From positions 1,860,001 through 1,892,000 of the forward strand of contig NZ_LN831024.1 of assembly GCF_001457615.1 (NCBI RefSeq): DNA of 32,000 bases. The letters run 5' to 3'. The notes under the pieces are model-generated. The model saw only the letters and a list, made by a program, of their open reading frames with translations, did no database searches and was not told where the DNA came from. Positions 1 through 8,931 of this stretch are shown here, one piece after another (position 1 is the first letter of the stretch; each line of letters begins with the position of its first letter). This DNA is from Pseudomonas aeruginosa (GTDB lineage: Bacteria > Pseudomonadota > Gammaproteobacteria > Pseudomonadales > Pseudomonadaceae). Position numbers and translations under genes: made by a program.

Positions 1-16
1 CGGAAATCGGCGGGCG

Positions 17-38
17 GCGTCCCGGCGGGCCGGGACGC
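17..38 (-). terminator. GC-rich hairpin just downstream of the rluA stop; possible terminator
   Basis: GCGTCCCGG (17-25) pairs with CCGGGACGC (30-38) around a 4-nt loop, 13 nt after the rluA stop. There is no clear U-tract. Confidence 0.3.
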
Positions 39-50
39 GGCGGGGAAGGC

Positions 51-701
51 TCAGAACGGCGCCGGCGACTCGAAGCGCAGGCGTTCGCCGCTCTGCGGAT
101 GGGTCAGGCACAGCAGGCTGGCGTGCAGGCACAGGCGTTCGTGGGCGGCGAGGGCTTCGGGGTTGGCGTAGAGGCGGTCGCCGAGCAGCGGATGGCCGAT
201 GGAGAGCATGTGCACGCGCAACTGGTGCGAACGGCCGGTGATCGGCGTCAGCTCGACCCTGCTCCAGCGTTCATGACGCTCGATCACACGCCAGAAGGTC
301 AGGGCGTGGCGGCCGTGCTCGAAGTCCACCACGTGACGCGGCTTGGTCGGCGGGTCGTAGCGCAGCGGCAGCTCGATGCGCCCGCTGTCCAGTTCCGGCA
401 GGCCCCAGCAAAGGGCGGTATAGGCTTTCTCGGTCTCGCGGTCGTGGAACTGGCGGGACAGCTCGCGGTGGCTGTCGGCGTCGCGGGCGAGCACCATCAG
501 GCCGGAGGTTTCCCAGTCCAGGCGGTGGACGATGCGGGCCTCGGGATAGCCGTTTTCCTGCAGGCGGGTGACCAGGCAGTCCTTGTTGTCATCGGCGCGG
601 CCGGGCACCGACAGCAGCAGGGTGGGCTTGTCGACCACCAGCAGGGCGTCATCCTGGTGAACGATTCGGATCTGGGACAGCGGCATAGCGAACGGGCTCA
701 T
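51..701 (-). CDS. rluA: RluA-family pseudouridine synthase
   Basis: 216-aa ORF with the catalytic HRLDxxTSG block (IVHRLDWETSGLMVLARD) and the LLVVDKP..LLSVPG N-terminal block. It lies next to minCDE. Confidence 0.9.
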   Translation of the reverse strand: MSPFAMPLSQIRIVHQDDALLVVDKPTLLLSVPGRADDNKDCLVTRLQENGYPEARIVHRLDWETSGLMVLARDADSHRELSRQFHDRETEKAYTALCWGLPELDSGRIELPLRYDPPTKPRHVVDFEHGRHALTFWRVIERHERWSRVELTPITGRSHQLRVHMLSIGHPLLGDRLYANPEALAAHERLCLHASLLCLTHPQSGERLRFESPAPF

Positions 702-740
702 CGCCGGGAGGCGGCAGGGAGCCTGGCGGGCAGGCTCGGT

Positions 741-773
741 GAAACGACTGCGGCGGCCAATGGCCGCCGCAGT
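741..773 (-). terminator. Rho-independent-type terminator after minE
   Basis: Perfect 12-bp stem (747-758 with 762-773) and a 3-nt loop, 17 nt after the minE stop. On the minus strand it is followed by CGTTTC, a weak U-tract. Confidence 0.55.
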
Positions 774-789
774 ATGGACCCTGGGCGAA

Positions 790-1044
790 TCAACGATCCG
801 GCAGGGTGATGTTGAGTTCCAGGATCGAGCAGTTGCCCTGGTTCTCCAGTTCCACCTGGATCTGCTCCTGGTCGATCGGTACGTACTTGCGGATCACTTC
901 CAGCAGGTCTTTCTGCAACTGGGGCAGATAATCCGGCTGTGCGCGCTGGCCACGTTCGTGGGCAACGATGATCTGCAGTCGTTCTTTCGCGATGGAAGCG
1001 CTGTTCTGCGATTTCCGACTGCGAAAGAAGTCTAAAAGGCTCAT
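790..1044 (-). CDS. minE: Cell division topological specificity factor MinE
   Basis: 84-aa ORF with the N-terminus [11 protein letters not shown]...[13 protein letters not shown] typical of MinE. Its start overlaps the minD stop by 4 nt (ATGA). Confidence 0.95.
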   Translation of the reverse strand: MSLLDFFRSRKSQNSASIAKERLQIIVAHERGQRAQPDYLPQLQKDLLEVIRKYVPIDQEQIQVELENQGNCSILELNITLPDR

Positions 1045-1856
1045 TCACGTCCTCCGAACAGTCTTTGCAGGAATCCTTTCTTCTGCACATCGAGGAATCG
1101 ATGCGGTATTTCCTTGCCGAGCAGGCGGTCGACCGCATCGCTGTACGCCTGGCCGGCGTCGCTCTGCTCGTCGAGGATCACCGGCACGCCCTGGTTCGAC
1201 GCCTTGAGCACGGCCTGGGATTCCGGGATCACCCCGAGCAGGCGGATGGCGAGGATCTCCTCGACATCGTCGACGCCGAGCATCTCGCCCTTGGTGACGC
1301 GCTCCGGGTTGTAGCGGGTCAGCAGCAGGTGTTCCTTGATCGGCTCCTCGCCTTTCTCGGCGCGCTGCGACTTGCTTGCCAGCAGGCCGAGCATGCGGTC
1401 GGAGTCGCGTACCGAGGAAACCTCGGGGTTGGTCACGACGATCGCTTCGTCGGCGAAGTACATGGCCAGGTGGGCGCCTTTCTCGATGCCCGCCGGGGAG
1501 TCGCAGATGATGTATTCGAAATCCTTGCGCAGTTCGGCCATGACTTTCTCGACGCCTTCCTTGGTCAGGGCGTCCTTGTCGCGGGTCTGGCTGGCGGCCA
1601 GGACATGCAGGTTTTCGAGGCGCTTGTCCTTGATCAGGGCCTGGGTGAGGGTGGCCTCGCCGTTGACGACGTTGACGAAGTCGTACACCACGCGGCGTTC
1701 GCAGCCCATGATAAGGTCGAGGTTACGCAGGCCGACGTCGAAGTCGACGATGACGGTCTTGAAACCGCGCAAGGCCAGGCCGGTGCCGATAGCTGCGCTG
1801 GTGGTGGTTTTACCGACGCCACCCTTACCGGAAGTGACTACGAGAATTTTGGCCAA
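1041..1856 (-). CDS. minD: Septum site-determining ATPase MinD
   Basis: 271 aa with the deviant Walker A motif [10 protein letters not shown] and a C-terminal amphipathic membrane-targeting tail ([11 protein letters not shown]). Confidence 0.97.
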   Translation of the reverse strand: MAKILVVTSGKGGVGKTTTSAAIGTGLALRGFKTVIVDFDVGLRNLDLIMGCERRVVYDFVNVVNGEATLTQALIKDKRLENLHVLAASQTRDKDALTKEGVEKVMAELRKDFEYIICDSPAGIEKGAHLAMYFADEAIVVTNPEVSSVRDSDRMLGLLASKSQRAEKGEEPIKEHLLLTRYNPERVTKGEMLGVDDVEEILAIRLLGVIPESQAVLKASNQGVPVILDEQSDAGQAYSDAVDRLLGKEIPHRFLDVQKKGFLQRLFGGRE

Positions 1857-1917
1857 GGTGATTCACCCCAATGAAAAACGTAAGAATTCTGGTCCCTGAA
1901 AGTGGCGGCAGTATCCG

Positions 1918-2709
1918 TTAAAGGCGGGTGATGTTCAACACGTCACCCGACAGGCTGACGTGCACTGCCTTGCCCCACTGCGGGCTGCGTCGCAGGTCCT
2001 CCGCGACCTTGTAGTTACCGGCGATGGAGACCAGTTCGGCGGCCAGCTGCTGGCAGAAGATTCGCGCCGTGGCGTCGCCTTTCACGCCGGCCAGTGCGCG
2101 TCCGCGCATCGGGCCGTACACATGGATGTTTCCGTCGGCGAGAAGTTCCGCGCCGGGACTGACCGCGGCCAGCACGATCAGGTCGCCGCCGGCGGCGTAG
2201 ATCTGCATGCCGCCGCGCACCGGGGTCTTCACCACCTTGGTCGGGCGGCTGACGGGCTCGGCGGGCTTCTCTTCCGCCTTGGCCGGCTCGGGCCTGGCTT
2301 CACCGGCGCTCGGGCTGGGCTCTTCGGCAGGCTTGCGCGGGGCGCTGTCCTTGATGTCCAGCGGTCGTTCGCGGGCGCCCGAGGGCGGCAGCACCGGCAG
2401 GTCCAGGGCCTGGGCGGCGGCGATGTCCTCCTCGCGCCCGGCGCGTATCGCCAGGGTGCGCAGGCCGTGGCGGCGACAGACCTCGAGGAGCGCCGGCAGG
2501 TCGAGGCGGCCTTCGCCTTCGGGCAGCTTGTCGAGGGCCATGACCAGGGGGGTGTCGCGGAAGAAGTTGGGCGCTTGCGCCACTTTGTCGGCGAGTTGCC
2601 GTTCGAGCCTCGCCAGGTCGTTGTGCGCCAGTTCGAGGATGGTCACCGCGAGCATGCTGCCCTTGAGCTGGAATACGGGGTCTTGATCGAGGAGGTCGGC
2701 TTGGCTCAT
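1918..2709 (-). CDS. minC: Septum site-determining protein MinC
   Basis: 263 aa. The N-terminal domain is followed by a P/E/A-rich linker and a C-terminal beta-helix region ([16 protein letters not shown]). It sits at the head of minCDE. Confidence 0.93.
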   Translation of the reverse strand: MSQADLLDQDPVFQLKGSMLAVTILELAHNDLARLERQLADKVAQAPNFFRDTPLVMALDKLPEGEGRLDLPALLEVCRRHGLRTLAIRAGREEDIAAAQALDLPVLPPSGARERPLDIKDSAPRKPAEEPSPSAGEARPEPAKAEEKPAEPVSRPTKVVKTPVRGGMQIYAAGGDLIVLAAVSPGAELLADGNIHVYGPMRGRALAGVKGDATARIFCQQLAAELVSIAGNYKVAEDLRRSPQWGKAVHVSLSGDVLNITRL

Positions 2710-2868
2710 GGGGCTTGTCGGTCGTTGAATTGCAGGGACTTATAACGAGAACGCCGGATGCCCGCAAGCGTGGCAGATAGCCGGGGCGGCGTCGATCGGC
2801 AACGCGGCGTCCCGCCGGGACGGCGGGCAGGGTAGAATGGCGGGCTTTGATCGTCGTCGGAACCGTCC

Positions 2869-3807
2869 ATGGATCGCCCCCGTTTCTCCAGCGCTTTCCT
2901 CCATCCCCGCTACTGGCCGCTCTGGTTCGGCCTGGGACTGCTCTGGCTGGTGGTGCAGTTGCCGTATCCCGTCCTGCTGATGCTCGGCCGTGGCCTGGGG
3001 GCGCTGATGTACCGCTTGGTCGGCTCGCGCCGCGAGATTGCCGCGCGCAACCTCGAACTGTGCTTTCCGGAAAAGTCGCCCGCCGAACGCGAGCGTCTGC
3101 TGAAGGAGAACTTCGCCTCCAGCGGCATCGCCTTCTTCGAGATGGCCATGAGCTGGTGGTGGCCGAAGGCGCGCCTGGCCCGTCTTGCCCATATAGAAGG
3201 CCTGGAGCATCTGCGCGAGGCCCAGGCGCAGGGCGAGGGGGTGATCCTCATGGCCCTGCATTTCACCACCCTGGAGATCGGCGCGGCGCTGCTCGGCCAG
3301 GTGCACACCATCGACGGCATGTACCGTGAGCACGACAATCCGGTGTTCGACTATGTCCAGCGCCGTGGCCGCGAGCGGCACAACCTCGATGCCACCGCCA
3401 TCGAGCGCGAGGACGTGCGCTCGATGCTCAAGGTGCTGCGTGGCGGCCGCGCCATCTGGTACGCACCGGACCAGGACTACGGCGCCAAGCAGAGCCTGTT
3501 CGTGCCGCTGTTCGGCATCCCGGCGGCCACCGTCACCGCCACCACCAAGTTCGCCCGCCTGGGCCGGGCGCGGGTGTTGCCGTTCACCCAGAGCCGCCTG
3601 ACCGATGGCAGCGGTTATCGCCTGACCATCCACCCGCCGCTGGAGGACTTCCCCGGCGAGAGCGAGGAAGCCGATTGCCTGCGGATCAACCAGTGGGTCG
3701 AGCGCTGCGTGCGCCAGCAGCCCGAGCAGTACCTGTGGGCGCACCGGCGTTTCAAGACCCGCCCGCCAGGCGAAGCCAAGCTCTATCCGAAACGGCGCAA
3801 GCGCTGA
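2869..3807 (+). CDS. htrB: Lipid A biosynthesis lauroyl (late) acyltransferase, LpxL/HtrB family
   Basis: 312 aa with an N-terminal membrane anchor (YWPLWFGLGLLWLVV) and the HX4E acyltransferase motif (ALHFTTLE). It ends with the typical PEQYLWAHRRFK block. Confidence 0.9.
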   Translation: MDRPRFSSAFLHPRYWPLWFGLGLLWLVVQLPYPVLLMLGRGLGALMYRLVGSRREIAARNLELCFPEKSPAERERLLKENFASSGIAFFEMAMSWWWPKARLARLAHIEGLEHLREAQAQGEGVILMALHFTTLEIGAALLGQVHTIDGMYREHDNPVFDYVQRRGRERHNLDATAIEREDVRSMLKVLRGGRAIWYAPDQDYGAKQSLFVPLFGIPAATVTATTKFARLGRARVLPFTQSRLTDGSGYRLTIHPPLEDFPGESEEADCLRINQWVERCVRQQPEQYLWAHRRFKTRPPGEAKLYPKRRKR

Positions 3808-3874
3808 GGACGGGCATTCCGGACGCGCGCGGGGTCTGGCTATACTCGCCGCAGTTCATGACGGAAGCCCCGCT

Positions 3875-5044
3875 GTGTCCGATCCCCTTGCCCCACGTCC
3901 GCCGCTCACCGGCCTGATCCTTTCCGGGGGCGGCGCCCGCGCGGCCTACCAGGTCGGGGTCCTGGCCGCCATCGCCGACCTGCTGCCGGACAGTGCCGGT
4001 AATCCTTTCCCGGTCATCGTCGGTACTTCCGCCGGCGCCATCAACGCCGTTGGCCTGGCTTGCGGCGCCCTGCAATTCCGCCAGGCGATCCAGCGCCTGA
4101 CCGCGGTCTGGCAGGGATTCCGCACCGAACATGTCTATCGCAGCGACTGGCCGGGCGTGACCCGCCAGGCCTCGCGCTTCCTCGGCCATAGCCTGCTCGG
4201 CCTGGGGCGGCGGGTGCCGGTGGCGTTGCTGGACAACCGGCCGTTGCATGAGCTGCTGGCACGTGAGCTGGATTTTTCCGGGATTCATGCGGCGGTGCGC
4301 CAGCGCCAGTTGCGCGCGGTGGCGGTGACCGCGTTCGGCTACGAGTCGGGGCAGGCGGTGACCTTCTACCAGGGGCGCGCGACCATCGATCCCTGGGTAC
4401 GCCATCGGCGCCTGGGCATTCCCACCCGCCTGGAGCTTCGGCACCTGCTGGCCAGCGCGGCGATCCCGCTGCTGTTCCCGCCGGTGCGGATCAACCGCGA
4501 ATACTTCGGCGACGGCGCGGTGCGTTCCCAGGCGCCCATCAGCCCGGCGTTGCACCTGGGCGCCACGCGGGTGCTGGTGATCGGCGTCAGCGGCAACCCG
4601 GCCACCGGTGGCGACAGTGCCATGACCGGCCTGCCGCCGTCCGACCGACCGCCGAGCCTGGCGCAGATCGGCGCCCACCTGTTGAACAGCACCTTCATCG
4701 ACAGCCTGGAAGGCGACATCGAGCAGTTGCAGCGGATGAACCAGATCGGCCAGTTGGTGGCGCCGGAGGTGCGCCGCCAGGCGGGTGGGCTGGAGCCGGT
4801 GGAGGTATTGCTGGTGTCGCCGAGCCGGCCGCTGGACGAGATCGCCGCGCGGCACTACCGGGAGCTGTCGCGGGTGCTGCGGCTTTTCCTGCGCGGTCCC
4901 GGAGCGACCCGCGCCAGCGGGGCGGGGGTATTGAGCTACCTGTTGTTCGAGCGCGGCTATTGCAGCGAACTGATCGAACTGGGCTACCACGATGCGATGG
5001 GCAAGCGGGCGGAACTGGAGCGCTTCCTGCGGATCGAGCGGTAA
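3875..5044 (+). CDS. Patatin-like phospholipase family protein
   Basis: 389 aa with a GTG start. It has the oxyanion GGGARAAYQVG, the nucleophile elbow GTSAGA and the catalytic Asp block FGDGAV. Confidence 0.9.
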   Translation: MSDPLAPRPPLTGLILSGGGARAAYQVGVLAAIADLLPDSAGNPFPVIVGTSAGAINAVGLACGALQFRQAIQRLTAVWQGFRTEHVYRSDWPGVTRQASRFLGHSLLGLGRRVPVALLDNRPLHELLARELDFSGIHAAVRQRQLRAVAVTAFGYESGQAVTFYQGRATIDPWVRHRRLGIPTRLELRHLLASAAIPLLFPPVRINREYFGDGAVRSQAPISPALHLGATRVLVIGVSGNPATGGDSAMTGLPPSDRPPSLAQIGAHLLNSTFIDSLEGDIEQLQRMNQIGQLVAPEVRRQAGGLEPVEVLLVSPSRPLDEIAARHYRELSRVLRLFLRGPGATRASGAGVLSYLLFERGYCSELIELGYHDAMGKRAELERFLRIER

Positions 5045-5073
5045 ACCTTATTCAGGACGGGACAGGCGGAAGG

Positions 5074-5095
5074 AAAAAACCGCCCCGAAGGGCGG
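5074..5095 (-). terminator. Rho-independent terminator after the pirin gene
   Basis: CCGCCC (5080-5085) pairs with GGGCGG (5090-5095) around a CGAA loop. The A6 run at 5074-5079 gives a U-tract on the minus strand. The site lies between the convergent patatin and pirin genes. Confidence 0.6.
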
Positions 5096-5107
5096 CTCGC
5101 GCACGGC

Positions 5108-5965
5108 TCAGACGGCCAGGACACCGTCGCGATAGTCGCGTAGCGCCTGCTCGATTTCCTCGCGGCTGTTCATCACGAACGGACCGTACTGGACGATCGG
5201 CTCGCGCAACGGCTTGCCGGCGAGCACCAGTACCCGGGCGCCGGCTTCGCTGCGCAGGCTCAGTTCCCCTTCTTCGGACAGCCGAGCCAGGCGATTGGTG
5301 GCGATTTCCACCGGGCGTTCGCCTTCCACCGTCAGGCTGCCTTCGTAGACGTACAGCAGAACGCGATGGCCGTCCGGCAGGCGCGGGGCGATGCGGCCGC
5401 CGGCAGGCAGTTGCAGGTCGTAGTAGTGCGGCTCGGTGTCCGGCCTTTCCACGGCGCCGATCTGCTGCGCCTGGCCGTCGTCGAAGCGACCGGCGATCAC
5501 CGTGACCTTCACGCCTCCGGCGGTTTCCAGGCGCGGCACGTCTTCCGGCTCGATATCGTGATAGCCGGCCGGGGCCAGCTTGTTCTTCGCCGGCAGGTTG
5601 ACCCACAGCTGGAAGCCACGCATCGCGCCTTCCACCTGTTCCGGCATCTCGCTGTGGATGATGCCGTGGGCGGCGGTCATCCACTGTACGCCGCCGGGCT
5701 TGAGCAGGCCGCGATTGCCGAGGTGGTCTTCGTGGCGCATACGCCCTTCGAGCATGTAGGTCACGGTCTCGAAGCCGCGGTGCGGGTGCGAAGGGAAACC
5801 GGCGACATAGTCATCCGGGTTCTGGGTATCGAACTGGTCGAGCATCAGGAACGGGTCGAAGCGTTCCGGGGAAGGGCCGCCGATCACGCGGGTCAGGCGG
5901 ACGCCGGCGCCATCGGAGGCGGGGTGGCCGGTATGCAGTTCGAGGACATCACGGTAGCGGGTCAT
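5108..5965 (-). CDS. Pirin family (bicupin) protein
   Basis: 285 aa with the cupin metal-binding block GFPSHPHRGFETVTYMLEG. A GGAGG SD lies 5-9 nt upstream of the ATG. Confidence 0.92.
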   Translation of the reverse strand: MTRYRDVLELHTGHPASDGAGVRLTRVIGGPSPERFDPFLMLDQFDTQNPDDYVAGFPSHPHRGFETVTYMLEGRMRHEDHLGNRGLLKPGGVQWMTAAHGIIHSEMPEQVEGAMRGFQLWVNLPAKNKLAPAGYHDIEPEDVPRLETAGGVKVTVIAGRFDDGQAQQIGAVERPDTEPHYYDLQLPAGGRIAPRLPDGHRVLLYVYEGSLTVEGERPVEIATNRLARLSEEGELSLRSEAGARVLVLAGKPLREPIVQYGPFVMNSREEIEQALRDYRDGVLAV

Positions 5966-6064
5966 GGGAACCTCCTGGTTCGTGTATGGCTCGATGATAG
6001 TCCTCTGTGCTCGATATATGGATGCGAGTTTTGTGTGATTCCTATCGAGTTATTGGATTGTTTT

Positions 6065-6097
6065 GAGAAAAAGAAACCGCCGCACCAGGGCGGCGGT
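6065..6097 (-). terminator. Rho-independent terminator after the MlaA-like gene
   Basis: 8-bp stem ACCGCCGC (6076-6083) with GCGGCGGT (6090-6097), followed on the minus strand by TTCTTTTTCTC. Confidence 0.7.
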
Positions 6098-6105
6098 TCT
6101 TCGTC

Positions 6106-6909
6106 TCACTCGGCGATCTGCAGCTTGCGCGCCTCGGTATAGATGTAGCGCAGTTTCTCGTACTCGAACGGCGAATTCATCTGGCCGTAGCGGAAGCTGG
6201 TGTTGTAGCGCTTGTCCACCACGCGCAGGGCGGTGATCTCCGGGTGGTCGCCGCTGGCCTGGGGAACGTTGAGGTAGTTCACCTGGTATTCGCCGACGTA
6301 GTCCACCACCAGTCCGCCGGTGTCGCGCAGGTTGGACGGGCCGAGGATCGGCAGCACCAGGTAGGGGCCGCTGCCCACGCCGTAGAAGCCGAGGGTCTGG
6401 CCGAAATCCTCGCTGCGCTTGTGCAGGCCCATCCTGGTCGCAGGGTCCCACAGGCCGAGCACACCGAAGGTGGTGTTGAACAGCAGCCGCGCGGTGGTTT
6501 CCATCGCCGCCTTGCCCTTCAATTGGGCGAGGTTGTTCAGCAGATTGGGCACGTCGCCGAGGTTGTCGAAGAAATTGCTCACGCCGCTGCGGACGAAGTG
6601 CGGGGTGACGTATTCGTAGCCTCGTACCACGGGCAGGAACACCCACTCGTCGAAGCGATAGTTGAAGTGGTAGACCCGGCGGTTCCAGGATTCCCAGGGA
6701 TCGTACATGTTCAGTGCGTCGAGGGTGGCGCGCTCGAATTCGCGTTGATCCAGGCCGGGATTGAACTTGAGTTGGTCCAGTGGACGGCTGAAACCGTCGC
6801 CGTCGAGCTGGCGTGGCGGCAGTTCGGCCGGCGCGGCGGCCTCGTCGGCCTGGGCGCTGGCGGCAGCGCTCAGCAGAAGGGCGAACATCCAGTGTGCGGT
6901 TCGGCTCAT
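6106..6909 (-). CDS. MlaA/VacJ family protein; has a signal peptide but no lipobox and no cysteine
   Basis: 267 aa with the VacJ-family block DPWESWNRRVYHFN. The N-terminus MSRTAHWMFALLLSAAASAQA/DE looks like an SPase I signal. The start lies 3 nt after the stop of the upstream hydrolase gene. Confidence 0.88.
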   Translation of the reverse strand: MSRTAHWMFALLLSAAASAQADEAAAPAELPPRQLDGDGFSRPLDQLKFNPGLDQREFERATLDALNMYDPWESWNRRVYHFNYRFDEWVFLPVVRGYEYVTPHFVRSGVSNFFDNLGDVPNLLNNLAQLKGKAAMETTARLLFNTTFGVLGLWDPATRMGLHKRSEDFGQTLGFYGVGSGPYLVLPILGPSNLRDTGGLVVDYVGEYQVNYLNVPQASGDHPEITALRVVDKRYNTSFRYGQMNSPFEYEKLRYIYTEARKLQIAE

Positions 6910-6912
6910 CGA

Positions 6913-8274
6913 TCAGTTTCCTGCCTGCTGGGTGAGGGCCGCGCTGGCGACCTGGGTCTGTCCGGCAGCGGGCGTGGCGAAGAAGTCCAGCATGTCCTGC
7001 GCGTTGACCTTGTAGTTGAGGTTGCCGCAGTGACCGCCATAGGGATAGACGGTCAGGCGTTCGCCGAAGGTTCGGCGGAGGAAGCCGAGGTCGCCCGGGC
7101 CGAGGATGACGTCGTCGGCGTTGTGCATCACGGCGATCTTCGGGCTGTCGTGCAGATAGTCCTGCAGCTTGTAGAGGCTGACCTGGTTGACCAGTTGGGT
7201 CAGGCTGCCGCCGTCGTAACGGGCTCGCCACATCGGGATCAGTTGCTCGGTCATGTAGCACTCGAAGTCGCACTGTAGCGCGCGCTTGAAGAAGGGCTCC
7301 AGGCTGGTGCCTTCGTTGATCGGGTAGTTCGGCGGGGTGATCAGGCCGCGACGGTTGACCAGGTCCGAGGTGAAGGCGATGTCGGCGGCGGAGAAGCGGA
7401 ACGAGGTGCCGATCAGCATGGCCATTTCTTCGTTGCTCAGGCGTTGCTTCGACTGCTGGAAGTCGTAGAGCATGGCGTCGTTGATGTCGACGTAGCCTTT
7501 CTGCCGGAAGTAGCGGGTCAGCTTGCTCAGCACCACCTCGTAGAAGGTGCGCGAGTCAGTGATGCCCTTGACCTGGGTTTCCACCAGTTTGTCGAGGTTG
7601 CTCACCGAGGTGTAGAGGTTCACCGGTGGGTTGAGCAGCAGCACTTTCTTGAAGTTGAAGCTCCGGCGGCTTTCGTCGAGGTGGCTGACGAACGCGGCGT
7701 TCAGCGCCCCCAGGCTATAGCCGGTGAGGTAATAGTCGGTCACCGGCAGGTCGCGCTGCTGCGCGCGCACCGCCTGCATCACCCGGTACAGGTCATCGGC
7801 GTCGTCGCTGGAAAAGCCCGGTGTGGCGAAGCGCGAGGCGCTGGCCATGAAGTCCCAACTGGTCGGCGAGGACAACTGCACCACGTGGTAGCCGGCCTGG
7901 TAGAAGAGCTTCTTCAGGTATTCCGGGAAGCTGCTGGCGTAGTGGGCGCCAGTCCCGGCAATGATGAAGATCAGCGGCGCCGCATGATCCTGGCGGGCCA
8001 GGCGGTAGCGCAGCTTCTTCACCGGCCAGAAGTTGTCCGGCAGGGCGAACTCGCGCTCCGGGCGCAATTTCAGGCTGTAGTCCTTCTGGTCGATGTCCTC
8101 GCTGTGCGGAAGCTCGGGACGCAGTTCCGGCGGCGTGGTGGCGATGGTCGCCTCGAACGGGTTGGTCAGTGGATAGCCGTAGCTCGCGGCGTCCACGTCC
8201 CGGGCCTGCGCCAGATTGGCACAACCGAGGGCGAGGCCGCCGAGCAGGGCAGCGAAACGGAGGAAGTGGGGCAT
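6913..8274 (-). CDS. Exported alpha/beta-fold serine hydrolase (lipase/esterase-like), possible lipoprotein
   Basis: The track ORF was trimmed to M57 (ATG at 8274), which gives the signal peptide MPHFLRFAALLGGLALGCANLAQA. GXSXG nucleophile elbow LTGYSLGA. Whether cleavage is at Cys (lipoprotein) or at AQA/RD is ambiguous. Confidence 0.8.
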   Translation of the reverse strand: MPHFLRFAALLGGLALGCANLAQARDVDAASYGYPLTNPFEATIATTPPELRPELPHSEDIDQKDYSLKLRPEREFALPDNFWPVKKLRYRLARQDHAAPLIFIIAGTGAHYASSFPEYLKKLFYQAGYHVVQLSSPTSWDFMASASRFATPGFSSDDADDLYRVMQAVRAQQRDLPVTDYYLTGYSLGALNAAFVSHLDESRRSFNFKKVLLLNPPVNLYTSVSNLDKLVETQVKGITDSRTFYEVVLSKLTRYFRQKGYVDINDAMLYDFQQSKQRLSNEEMAMLIGTSFRFSAADIAFTSDLVNRRGLITPPNYPINEGTSLEPFFKRALQCDFECYMTEQLIPMWRARYDGGSLTQLVNQVSLYKLQDYLHDSPKIAVMHNADDVILGPGDLGFLRRTFGERLTVYPYGGHCGNLNYKVNAQDMLDFFATPAAGQTQVASAALTQQAGN

Positions 8275-8416
8275 CGGGGGAATCCCTTCGAGGGAAAAGT
8301 ACTGAGTGAATATACTGCCGCTATGACAACTGCAAGCCTCAGTAGTGCAGTGGGTTATTGCAGCCAGCGTTCCAATCGGTCTTTCCCGCCTCTTGCCGTG
8401 CCTCGCGAATATCCCT

Positions 8417-8638
8417 TCAGGCGTGGCGGTGCAGCCAGCCATGGGCGCTGGCCGGGCGCGGCGCGCCGTCTTTCTCGAAGCGTTTCCAGATCTTCTCGTG
8501 GAAGTAGAAACCGACCGAGTTGCACAGCGGCTCGACCGCCGCCACCAGCCCGCCGACCGCTATGCTGCCGGTCAGCGCATAGGCCACGCTGAAGGCGATG
8601 ATGAAGTGCATGACGGTGAAGGTCAGGGTCTTGAGCAT
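8417..8638 (-). CDS. Small two-TM membrane protein, DUF2061-like
   Basis: The track ORF was trimmed to MLKTLTFTVMHF (ATG at 8638), which is preceded by an AGGAGA SD. It has two hydrophobic helices and the FYFHEKIW motif typical of the family. Confidence 0.7.
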   Translation of the reverse strand: MLKTLTFTVMHFIIAFSVAYALTGSIAVGGLVAAVEPLCNSVGFYFHEKIWKRFEKDGAPRPASAHGWLHRHA

Positions 8639-8931
8639 GGCTGCTCTCCTTTGATCGAGAATCATTCCTCTTTGGCGAAAGCCTATCCAGGCGCTCGGCC
8701 AAGCGGAAATCGGCCTGTCCAATCGAGTGCATAGAGCGCTTCGATCGCACTGTCTCGGAGCACATCCGCAGCGTGCCGCAGCGCAGTTCGAGGCATGTCG
8801 TTATCGGGTGCGATGGGTGTCGTTCTCAGAGCAGTCCGCCGTCCGGGCGCGCCGATGATGGACGGCGGCACCGCAGAGTGCCGCGACCGCCGGGGAGCGT
8901 CCCCGTCGGCATAGAACAAGGGGTACGTCTG

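Noticed and set aside
8275-8442. N-terminal extensions of track ORFs (6913..8442, 8417..8722, 8773..9789, 9941..10318, 14567..14749, 16165..16572, 21562..22221, 26399..27892).
   Set aside because: Internal starts give proper signal peptides or family N-termini and, in most cases, a nearby SD. The extensions have atypical composition. The cyaB start remains the least certain.
8836-8910. GC hairpins in the betX leader considered as a riboswitch.
   Set aside because: I recognise no riboswitch class consensus. The stems are generic GC pairing, which is expected by chance in GC-rich DNA. This was kept only as a low-interest note.
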